From the NCBI GenBank assembly GCA_044371405.1, contig JBILTS010000001.1, positions 1 through 48,952 on the forward strand: DNA of 48,952 bases, in the 5' to 3' direction. Made by a program: the position numbers and the translations under genes. The stretch comes from Bacteroidia bacterium (GTDB taxonomy: Bacteria > Bacteroidota > Bacteroidia > NS11-12g > UBA955). Each line of letters opens with the position of its first letter. Positions within the stretch are counted from its first letter, which is position 1. Shown one piece after another: positions 25,874 to 34,038 of this stretch. The notes beneath the pieces are model-generated. The model was not told the origin of the DNA. It saw only the letters and a list, made by a program, of their open reading frames with translations, and searched no databases.

Positions 25874-28800
25874 TTAATCCCGCTTCACCCAAACCGCCTT
25901 CGCCCTACCGGCCGCAAACTGCAGTTCTACAATGTACATACCCGGAGCAAGTGAACCGGTGCTGTAAGGGCCCGAGCCGTTATAAGCTTGCAGCGTTTTG
26001 CCCGATAAATCCCGCAGAACCATCGATTCTATGGGCTGATTGGTTGAAACCATTAATCGGTCGTTGCCCGGATTAGGATACAATAAAAACTCCATGTTAG
26101 GCAGCGAACTCACTGCGTTGTATACCACCCTGAAATTGGTTATAAGCGTATCGTTTTCAGGGAAAAGGTCGGTAAAGCGCTCCAGTACCGCATCGGCCTT
26201 GAATGCACCGGCAATTACAAACGGAAACATTTTAGCTGAGGTAGCAGATAGTGTTGTACCCTTGCGAAGGCCTGTGTAACTGCTGGTATCGGTAAACAAT
26301 GCCACACCACTGATGCTGTCCAGCACACGGAAAATGGTTTTGCCGCTGTAAGCCGCTGTATCTTCCCCCACCTGTTTCAAAGCGGCCTTTAGTTTTGCGT
26401 TGCCCGATGTGTTCATTAGCCACTGACCGGCAGTGGGCGTTTCAAAAGCCACCCAGGCAACATCATGCCGCCTCACTCCCCGAATGATGGTAATGAGCGT
26501 ATCATTCAGCGGATTTTGATCCTGTGCACTGCTAATGCGCACCCTTAGATTGTAATTGCCAGAATCCGGCAGCAGCAGGTCTTTCAAGACTACTTTTTTA
26601 TCCATTTTTGCCAGCGTAAGGGTATCCAAACGGAATGCCTGGCTCAGAATGTTGTTGTTTTTGCCCAAAACCTCTGCCGTGGTGCGCACCGGTCCCAAAG
26701 CTTGTCTGGCATTAGAACTGACGGTGGCATGCACATCAAAATAAGTTTCACGGGCAAATAATTTTTGTCCGGCAAACGGAGTATCAATACTCAGCACACC
26801 GGCATCCTTACCTATCACTACCGTGAATATTGCCAGGGCCGTATCGTTTTTGCGGTTTACATCAGATACATAATTGGTGTAGGCAATTACCCTGTAGGTA
26901 CCACCATTTATTGGATTCAATGATCTCAACATGTCAAACTCCAGGGCCTGCCCTGTATCCAGTGAGGTGGTTTTAATATCCTGATAGATGCGGTTGCTGC
27001 CATACCATACCTGCAACACAAAGGGCACCGCATCTGTATTTTTTACAAAACCCAGATTCGCAATGCGCATTTTAGGTGTGTGTGGACCTGTACCGATAAG
27101 CAATGTGTCCTTGCTTGTGGGGTAAACAACCGATACCGCACTGTAGTCATAAGGATTACCCACATAAAAATCCTGCACCATGCTGTCATTGCTCTTCACG
27201 TAATCCTGGGGGTGGAAAACCCTAAAAACGGCCTTATAAATTCCTTTTTTAACGGGGGTGAACGAACGTGGCATGGTCACCAGGTATCCATCCTTACCTG
27301 CCAGCGCATATACAAATGTATCGCGGAATACCAACGGCGTGTAAGCCGATGTGATCCTAACCGTTAAACGAACAGCACCTATACTGAGCAGTCCATCGTT
27401 GTATACCCTCGGACGAAGGGTGATGGGTTTAGACACAGGGTAAAAGACATTTTTGGCAGGTGAAGCCACACTGTCAATTCCCAAATCATAAGACTTTAGC
27501 ACAAACACATTTACTTTCTGGGTATCATTTAAGCGCTGCTTATCACCTGACATTTCTGTGGTGAAAACCACCGTTAAGCGGCCGGTATCCACACAACGGT
27601 AGGTGGGCCAGGAGAGAATCTTACTCTGAAATCTGGGCAAACCCAGGTTGCTTACTTTATCGTAAACCACTTTGGTTCCCTTCAGAATACGGCAACGGGC
27701 ATTGAAAGATACAGTGTTGTCAAATCCGGGGTTCTGGATGGTCGCCACAGGCATAAAGGTATCCCTCATGTATTCATAACTCGCCCCTGAGTATGGGTCA
27801 AACACAGACGATACCATAACGTCCTTTTTTACCCCCACAAAGAATTTTCGTGTGGCAGTATCATTATCATTGATAAGATCTCCTTTGGCCGTTACAATAA
27901 TTTTTAGCAAGTGCTCACCAAAATCCTGCGGATAGAATTTTTTGGGGAACGTATAGGTTTTACGACGTCCGGATGAGAGGGTGTCCCGGAGGGTTTGACT
28001 GTAAACTACCTTACCAAACACGCTGATTTCGCACCTTACTGTAAAACTGTCCTTCAGGTTTTTAGCCCCAATATTGGCGATGGTGCCCTGAGGGGCCATG
28101 GTATCCATGGTGTAGCGGTCGATGCTGTCTTTGGGGGAATCTGCAGAAAGTGCCACCAAGTCTGTATCGCCCTGCAATCGGGGCTCAATGATGAACTTGA
28201 AAGGGGCATTGGGTGCAAAATCCACCCAGTTGGTATCACCGGTAGGGGTGGCATAGAAGAAGGTACTTGGCCTTACCGGGTTTTCTTCCTGGTAACCGAA
28301 AGCCACATTACTGGTGCCCAGTTGCATCACTCCCACATAGAAAGTACCATTGACCGAAACCGGTGTGGTTAAATCAAGGATGTAATTGCCGGCTATGGTG
28401 GTTAACGTATTGCTCTGATACAGCAATTTTCCGGGTCTGCCCCTGCGGCCGCTGTTGTCCCAGATACCAATTTTAAAAGAACGACCGGCCACGGCAAAAT
28501 TCACCGTTACCTGATTAATTGCTTTGCTTTTATTGGAGAAAAACCGGGCTACAAAATCGCCGGTTGCCCCGTTAAATCCGATGCCGCCGGGAGCAGGCGA
28601 CAGGGTTACATCACGGTAGCTATAAATATTTTCATTGTTTTGACGATAGCTGCGAACGGTATTGTTCGAGCCATTATTATCATCCGTAATGGCAAAAACG
28701 GTATCCAAGCCCTTTTTGGATGGCGACAAACTCGGTAAATTGATAAATGACTGTGCCCCTCGGTTTAGTGAAAATGTGGTACTGTCTATGCCCGTATTGG

Positions 28801-29584
28801 TGCCCTTCAGCAACGTCCTCACCTTGTTCCCGCTGAGGTTTTTCTTGCCTACGTTTCTCACCAGCAATTTCACACTGTCTGGGTTGCCCAGTGGAACCGG
28901 CAATTTTCCCAATGTATAGAGTTTAATGGCGGCTGCATCAAAATCAAATCGGGGATAATTGAGAATGATGGTTGGATGATAATCCGAAGAAGTGCCCAAA
29001 CTATCCGGTAATGGCCATCCGGTAAAGCTCTTGGTTTGATTGGCTGAAAACCCGGAGACGGTAGCGCTGTTCTCAAAATACCAGTTTATCACGCCCGGCT
29101 GAACCAGTGTTTGAGAGAATTCCACCATCACCTCAAGGTTATCCCCTTGGGTGGTATCGAACACATATTTGCCCGAAGAAAATGGCAAACGGTAAAAACT
29201 CTCATTGGAACCCAGATCATAAGCCGGGGTGCCATTATAAACCCTGGTTGCAGAAACGGTTTCGCCACCAAAAGAAATGCGGCCGCTTCCAAAATCTGTG
29301 CGGGAGGTATTTTTCAACCATATAGACAACTGTGTGGCGGTTCCCATTGCAGCACCAGCACTGCGGAAAAATTCTATGCTTTCTATGCTGTCGCCATGTT
29401 TGAGGTTACCCAAAGAAGATTTGGTATAAATATAAATAAAGCGACAACCATAATTTGCACTGGTGGTAGAGACAGCCATGGGGCCGGCCGCAGTACCCAA
29501 AAAACTGCCTTCACCAATCTGAACATATTGGGAAAAAACAGCACCACTGCATAACAGAAACAATCCGGTAAAAAGTATTCTCAC
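25874..29584 (-). CDS. Large T9SS-secreted surface protein with repeated CARDB-like modules
   Basis: C-terminal sorting domain (LLYPNPGNDRLMV...GMYIVEL...VWVKRD). Module ends with the pattern xNDTxxxxFxV recur. The GTG at 29584 gives the signal peptide RILFTGLFLLCSGAVFSQ and is preceded by TACATTTG. Confidence 0.75.
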   Translation of the reverse strand: MRILFTGLFLLCSGAVFSQYVQIGEGSFLGTAAGPMAVSTTSANYGCRFIYIYTKSSLGNLKHGDSIESIEFFRSAGAAMGTATQLSIWLKNTSRTDFGSGRISFGGETVSATRVYNGTPAYDLGSNESFYRLPFSSGKYVFDTTQGDNLEVMVEFSQTLVQPGVINWYFENSATVSGFSANQTKSFTGWPLPDSLGTSSDYHPTIILNYPRFDFDAAAIKLYTLGKLPVPLGNPDSVKLLVRNVGKKNLSGNKVRTLLKGTNTGIDSTTFSLNRGAQSFINLPSLSPSKKGLDTVFAITDDNNGSNNTVRSYRQNNENIYSYRDVTLSPAPGGIGFNGATGDFVARFFSNKSKAINQVTVNFAVAGRSFKIGIWDNSGRRGRPGKLLYQSNTLTTIAGNYILDLTTPVSVNGTFYVGVMQLGTSNVAFGYQEENPVRPSTFFYATPTGDTNWVDFAPNAPFKFIIEPRLQGDTDLVALSADSPKDSIDRYTMDTMAPQGTIANIGAKNLKDSFTVRCEISVFGKVVYSQTLRDTLSSGRRKTYTFPKKFYPQDFGEHLLKIIVTAKGDLINDNDTATRKFFVGVKKDVMVSSVFDPYSGASYEYMRDTFMPVATIQNPGFDNTVSFNARCRILKGTKVVYDKVSNLGLPRFQSKILSWPTYRCVDTGRLTVVFTTEMSGDKQRLNDTQKVNVFVLKSYDLGIDSVASPAKNVFYPVSKPITLRPRVYNDGLLSIGAVRLTVRITSAYTPLVFRDTFVYALAGKDGYLVTMPRSFTPVKKGIYKAVFRVFHPQDYVKSNDSMVQDFYVGNPYDYSAVSVVYPTSKDTLLIGTGPHTPKMRIANLGFVKNTDAVPFVLQVWYGSNRIYQDIKTTSLDTGQALEFDMLRSLNPINGGTYRVIAYTNYVSDVNRKNDTALAIFTVVIGKDAGVLSIDTPFAGQKLFARETYFDVHATVSSNARQALGPVRTTAEVLGKNNNILSQAFRLDTLTLAKMDKKVVLKDLLLPDSGNYNLRVRISSAQDQNPLNDTLITIIRGVRRHDVAWVAFETPTAGQWLMNTSGNAKLKAALKQVGEDTAAYSGKTIFRVLDSISGVALFTDTSSYTGLRKGTTLSATSAKMFPFVIAGAFKADAVLERFTDLFPENDTLITNFRVVYNAVSSLPNMEFLLYPNPGNDRLMVSTNQPIESMVLRDLSGKTLQAYNGSGPYSTGSLAPGMYIVELQFAAGRAKAVWVKRD

Positions 29585-29589
29585 AATAA

Positions 29590-29597
29590 CAAATGTA
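29590..29597 (-). promoter_or_regulatory. -7 box TACATTTG
   Basis: Perfect TAnnTTTG 5 nt upstream of the proposed GTG start at 29584. Confidence 0.4.
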
Positions 29598-29732
29598 ATC
29601 AAGTTCAATCTGAAATTACAGGCCCGCTTAATTTTTTGGAATAAATATGACAAAAAATAGATTGTTACAATGCCGGTCTGCCTATTAACATTGCAAAAGA
29701 AGCATAAACATAACTTTAGTAAAGAATTAGCC

Positions 29733-30371
29733 ATGACCAAACCCAACCTGCCCAATGCTGAAGTCAATGTGTTTTTTACAGAGGGTTGTGGGCGGTGTTC
29801 GCTGGGTGGAACCCCGGCCTGCAAGGTGCATACCTGGCATCAGGAGCTGGCTTTGCTAAGGGGTATTCTGCTGCAAAGCGGCCTCACCGAAACACGCAAA
29901 TGGGGTGTGGCCTGCTATATGCATGGCAAACATAACGTGGTATTGCTGGGTGCATTAAAAAGCTGTGCAACCCTCAGTTTTTTTAAAGGTTCACTTATGC
30001 ACGATCCGGAAAAGTTATTGATAAAACCCGGTGAAAACAGCCAGGCGGCGAGGTACATGAAATTCACTACACCCGAACAGGTAATGGAACAAATGAATTC
30101 CATCCTCAGCTATATCCATGAAGCTATCCAATTGGAAGAATCAGGCCAAAAAGTGGCTTTCAAATCTCCACAGGAACAGCCCATGTGCGAAGAATTGCAG
30201 GAAGCCCTGAAAAGCGATGCTGAAATGTCTTCCGCGTTTGATGCCCTGACTCCGGGACGGCAACGGGGCTATATTCTGTTTTTTGGCGCAGCCAAACAAT
30301 CCAAAACCCGCATGGAGCGCATAGCCAAATGGAGAGATAAAATTTTGCAGGGAAAAGGCATGCAGGATTGA
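29733..30371 (+). CDS. DUF1801 / YdeI-like protein
   Basis: The C-terminal LTPGRQRGYILFFGAAKQSKTRMERIAKWRDKILQGKG is typical of the YdeI/OmpD-associated family. Start at the ATG at 29733. Confidence 0.6.
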   Translation: MTKPNLPNAEVNVFFTEGCGRCSLGGTPACKVHTWHQELALLRGILLQSGLTETRKWGVACYMHGKHNVVLLGALKSCATLSFFKGSLMHDPEKLLIKPGENSQAARYMKFTTPEQVMEQMNSILSYIHEAIQLEESGQKVAFKSPQEQPMCEELQEALKSDAEMSSAFDALTPGRQRGYILFFGAAKQSKTRMERIAKWRDKILQGKGMQD

Positions 30372-30379
30372 TTCGTTTT

Positions 30380-31033
30380 TTAGATCTGTTTAATCTCCAT
30401 CATTAATTTTTGCAATGCCGCACATTTTTCATATGCTTCATTTTGCTGAAAATGCTGAATTAATACCTTGATAGCATCTTCTGCTGCATCTGGTTTATGC
30501 TGAACAAGGCCTGCCCTCATTACCCCGGTAACCACTTCATACATCTGATTCATATAATCAGTTTTATCGTCCTTTTGTCTCAAAACAACCAGCGACAACA
30601 AGGCCTCAGTTTGCGGACTTAAAAATGGTGTATCCTGTTGATTTTCCAGTAGAGCTTCCGGAAAAAGTTTCAAACGATAATTTACCCCAATGCTACTGCT
30701 TACTTCAATTCCTTTAATAAACATCGAACTCCTTTTCCCAGAATAAATAATATATCCATCCGGCACTTGTGCAGAATTTTCTGTGGCATAAGTGTCTATA
30801 AAAATATAATCTATTAATTCACTACTTTTCATTACTTCATAACAATCGATGGGTTTTGAACCCTTCCAAATACTTGAGCGAATTCTATGAAATAAAATAG
30901 GCCTAAAATCCTCGGTCAATAAACTATGCAGATACAATAAAGATGCTTCAATTCCCTTTGCTTTAATTGGGTTTTGCGGTGATTTGCCAAATAAATGAAT
31001 ATCCATATATCCCTTAACGATGAAGGGCTTCAA
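30380..31033 (-). CDS. Hypothetical protein (island gene 4)
   Basis: AT-rich ORF. The track start is a TTG at 31033 and the first ATG is at 31006. A beta-rich N-terminal half is followed by a helical C-terminal half. No recognised domain. Confidence 0.5.
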   Translation of the reverse strand: MKPFIVKGYMDIHLFGKSPQNPIKAKGIEASLLYLHSLLTEDFRPILFHRIRSSIWKGSKPIDCYEVMKSSELIDYIFIDTYATENSAQVPDGYIIYSGKRSSMFIKGIEVSSSIGVNYRLKLFPEALLENQQDTPFLSPQTEALLSLVVLRQKDDKTDYMNQMYEVVTGVMRAGLVQHKPDAAEDAIKVLIQHFQQNEAYEKCAALQKLMMEIKQI

Positions 31034-31039
31034 TATATT

Positions 31040-31945
31040 CTAGCTGTTATTGTATAAATATTTTACGCGCGGAATACTGTAGTCGAGTGCCTCCGGACAT
31101 TCATCAAGGGTTCGTTTGATAAATGCTACATCATAAGTTAAATTATCATGTATGCACTCCATGGCTTTGGGGTTTTGTTTTATGGCAATATAGGCCAGTT
31201 CAGCATTTGAACGGCAGGATTCAGGCATCACAGCCAGCATCATACCATCTTTTTCCAACACACCGGCACACAAAACAGGGTCACTTTTTAACTCAGACGA
31301 TAAGGTGGTATATAGTTGGGGCCGATTTAACAGCAAATAAAAAAATTGTTCATGCACAATTTCTAAAATTGATTCATTCGACCTCAAAGATTCATCGAGT
31401 GCGCTAAAAAATTCAGGCATTTTGGAAACCAGCAGCTTGTTAAAATTTAAATCTTTTTTTAATTTGTCCGGTAGTGGAGAATAAATAATCTCCATATCGT
31501 TTGAATTTAAAAAATATTCACGTGGTTGATTGTACCATTTTTTAAAACTCTCCATCCAAAATTCAGGTAATTCCTTCACCGATTCATTAGCAACAGAAAT
31601 TGCCAAAGATCCATCATCAGCGTCAAATAGCGCTTCGATAAAAGACCAATCAGAAGTATAATCTGATGCCCTGATATGTTCTTTTATCGCATCTATTTGC
31701 TCATCCGTTTTAGACCATACATCATATCCGAGGGCAATCAATACGTCCCTGTCATTTAATAAAAAACCTGGTATTTCTTCCGGCCCCATCAGATTTAACC
31801 GGACATAACCACACAGGGCTTTTAAAAAGGCATCCTTTTCTGCCTCGTTCCAACTACCAAAGGTTTCGAAACTAATATCATTCAGCGGAATAACGCTTTC
31901 ATTGGTTCTAAGTGCATTAAGATATCCGGTGAAATTATAAGGCAT
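31040..31945 (-). CDS. Hypothetical protein with DUF4116-like C-terminal repeats (island gene 3)
   Basis: ATG start. The C-terminal DPVLCAGVLEKDGMMLAVMPESCRSNAELAYIAIKQNPKAMECIHDNLTYDVAFIKRTL resembles the DUF4116 repeat pattern (D.e.vl.AvkqnG.aL.y....l..D). Confidence 0.55.
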   Translation of the reverse strand: MPYNFTGYLNALRTNESVIPLNDISFETFGSWNEAEKDAFLKALCGYVRLNLMGPEEIPGFLLNDRDVLIALGYDVWSKTDEQIDAIKEHIRASDYTSDWSFIEALFDADDGSLAISVANESVKELPEFWMESFKKWYNQPREYFLNSNDMEIIYSPLPDKLKKDLNFNKLLVSKMPEFFSALDESLRSNESILEIVHEQFFYLLLNRPQLYTTLSSELKSDPVLCAGVLEKDGMMLAVMPESCRSNAELAYIAIKQNPKAMECIHDNLTYDVAFIKRTLDECPEALDYSIPRVKYLYNNS

Positions 31946-32021
31946 ATTATGATTGAATTTATGACTATTTTATTTGTAGCAAGTCTGTGAAGATAAATCA
32001 ACAACGATTCAACAACATTAT

Positions 32022-32822
32022 TTACAAGAACAATAATTTGCCTTGATCTGTAATTTTGTCGTCTTCATACCAAGAAAACTCCTCAAAATCAGAATAACCA
32101 GGAAAATAATTTGGATTAATGATACATTCTTTTACCCCCAAACCTGGTAACACTTCATTACGAAAATCATCATCAAGGATATATTCATCCATAGGCCGGT
32201 TTATCATGATTCCTTTAATGGCAATATTATTTACTAAGCAATACGCTGCAAAGTGTTGATTTTTTGCAGAAATAATGAAGATATCAGCTTTATCCGTCTT
32301 AAAATAACGGTAATTACCATTGTTTTTATTTAAATAAGGATATAGCATATTAATAGGGATGTCCCCATTTTTATATTGTGTTTTTATCTGCTCATTACTC
32401 ACTAAATAATCTATATTTTGAACTATATAGTTATGAAAATCTTTTATTAATTCCTGATCATAAAATCCCATTTTTAATAATTCTATTCGATCGGGTTCTT
32501 TGCATATAAGGTCAATATTGTCGGTAATGTATTTTTCTACCCATGTGTCTTCATCCTCATTTAATAGCGGAGAAAACCCTGTTTCATCAGAAGGATACTC
32601 CTTAAAAATATCAATAGGTAAATCTATAATAAGGCCCTCATTCTCATAATGATTCAGGTTATACATATTCCTGTATAATTGATCCGTGTAAACAAAACAA
32701 TCTGGTTTTAGGGTATTGCCCTTCCCTGAATACCAATGTCTGAAAGCCATAAAATCGTTACCGGCCGAAGGGTACCAGCATACATGATGATAAGAATTTA
32801 ATTGATTATGCAGTGAATTCAT
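32022..32822 (-). CDS. Hypothetical protein (island gene 2)
   Basis: The first ATG at 32822 lies 7 nt after the upstream stop; the track ORF begins at a TTG at 32846. No recognised domain. HVCWYPSAGNDF...CFVYTD is only loosely Rossmann-like. Confidence 0.5.
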   Translation of the reverse strand: MNSLHNQLNSYHHVCWYPSAGNDFMAFRHWYSGKGNTLKPDCFVYTDQLYRNMYNLNHYENEGLIIDLPIDIFKEYPSDETGFSPLLNEDEDTWVEKYITDNIDLICKEPDRIELLKMGFYDQELIKDFHNYIVQNIDYLVSNEQIKTQYKNGDIPINMLYPYLNKNNGNYRYFKTDKADIFIISAKNQHFAAYCLVNNIAIKGIMINRPMDEYILDDDFRNEVLPGLGVKECIINPNYFPGYSDFEEFSWYEDDKITDQGKLLFL

Positions 32823-32829
32823 GTTAATA

Positions 32830-33738
32830 TTATATACATTTCCCAATATCCATTACTGCAAAATCATGCGTAAGTATGTGGTCATTCCTAAAGATAGCAT
32901 AGCTGGTTATATGCGGACATACAATAATCTTTGCTCCTCCTTTTTTTGTTTCATAAATATCAGAAACATATCCACGGCTGTAATCCTTTTTCATGTTTAT
33001 ATTAGGATTAAACAAGGATATTATTTCCGCTCTTTGCTTAGAATTGTGCGCACCCGCATATCGGCTTCCGGCATATATAATAACGGTTTTAAAACTGCGG
33101 TAAAAATCACCTGTTCTACCGGTCAGCATATGACTATAACGGCATGATTTTTTAAACTCCTTAAAATTAAATTTACTCCCTTGACCTTGGTTGCTTTTTG
33201 GTAAATCGGAAATTTCGGTTACAAAACAATGTTTAAATAACGATTTATGGTACGAACCGGGTGTAATTTCAAGTAGGTTGATTGCTTCTGCAGATGAAGC
33301 ATAATTAATGAACTGCGCCTGTATAATTTTCTCCATTTTTTTATAGGTATGATTCCCCTTGCCATAAACCTTTTCAGCCGTTTCGTTTAATGTAATTGGA
33401 GAAAAGGGATTAAAGCCATCCAAACCTTTGCGCAGTTTTAATATAGGATGAAAATGATCCTTTAAATGATTATAATTATTCAATATATCATTCCAATGTA
33501 TAAAATTCAATTTTCTTTCATGTAAATCTATTTTTGATGAGATCATTGGGTTAAATCCTTTTTCACTGCCAACAAATAATGTCTTCGCATCCGGATTTCC
33601 CATTCCAATATACGGATAGTCGCACATAAATCGCTCATTTTCAGACTTTGATGCTGCAGAAATCTGGGCATTTATATCAACCCATTTTTCTGATATATCG
33701 GAAAAAATAACTTTGAATTTTTTATTTCTAACAAGCAT
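32830..33738 (-). CDS. Divergent uracil-DNA-glycosylase-superfamily-like protein (island gene 1)
   Basis: The ATG at 33738 lies 6 nt after a perfect TATATTTG box. GMGNPDAKTLFVGSEKG, HCFVTEISDLP, TVIIYAGSRYAG and KIIVCPHITSYAIFR occur in the order of family-4 UDG landmarks, but in altered form. The assignment rests on motif recall, not on a search. Confidence 0.45.
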   Translation of the reverse strand: MLVRNKKFKVIFSDISEKWVDINAQISAASKSENERFMCDYPYIGMGNPDAKTLFVGSEKGFNPMISSKIDLHERKLNFIHWNDILNNYNHLKDHFHPILKLRKGLDGFNPFSPITLNETAEKVYGKGNHTYKKMEKIIQAQFINYASSAEAINLLEITPGSYHKSLFKHCFVTEISDLPKSNQGQGSKFNFKEFKKSCRYSHMLTGRTGDFYRSFKTVIIYAGSRYAGAHNSKQRAEIISLFNPNINMKKDYSRGYVSDIYETKKGGAKIIVCPHITSYAIFRNDHILTHDFAVMDIGKCI

Positions 33739-33744
33739 AAAACA

Positions 33745-33752
33745 CAAATATA
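33745..33752 (-). promoter_or_regulatory. -7 box TATATTTG for the four-gene island
   Basis: Perfect TAnnTTTG on the minus strand, 6 nt upstream of the ATG at 33738. Confidence 0.4.
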
Positions 33753-33943
33753 GGTGATTTTACGATATTTAGTCAGGTAATATTTAACGGCCAATAAGCC
33801 AACTAAATTTTAACTTCCAACGAAAATAACAGTTTAAAATACAAATTTAGTATTCCTATATATTTCTGTGTGGAAAGGGAAAACACACAATACATGTTAA
33901 CTGTGCTTTCACACTAGCATATTTGTGCAGCAGGTGATAGGCA

Positions 33944-33972
33944 ATTTGACAACCTTTGGGAAGTTGTCAAAT
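33944..33972. promoter_or_regulatory. 10-bp inverted repeat ATTTGACAAC-N9-GTTGTCAAAT upstream of the GH92 gene
   Basis: Perfect 10-bp arms at 33944-33953 and 33963-33972, about 67-95 nt upstream of the ATG at 34039. It is a candidate dimeric regulator site. Confidence 0.3.
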
Positions 33973-34038
33973 CATGTAAGAGCCAGGCACACCAAATTCC
34001 TACCTAAATATTCCCATTCATTCCCATCTTTGCAATGC

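Noticed and set aside
29585-29824. 80-aa N-terminal extension of the large T9SS protein, and the 21-aa extension of the ydeI-like ORF (29670-29732).
   Set aside because: The extensions overlap each other antisense. The signal peptide begins at the GTG at 29584, and the YdeI-like protein aligns from the ATG at 29733.
30372-33930. Integrative element, prophage remnant or transposon as the origin of the AT-rich island.
   Set aside because: I could find no integrase, transposase, tRNA gene or flanking direct or inverted repeats at the boundaries. Only the compositional evidence remains.
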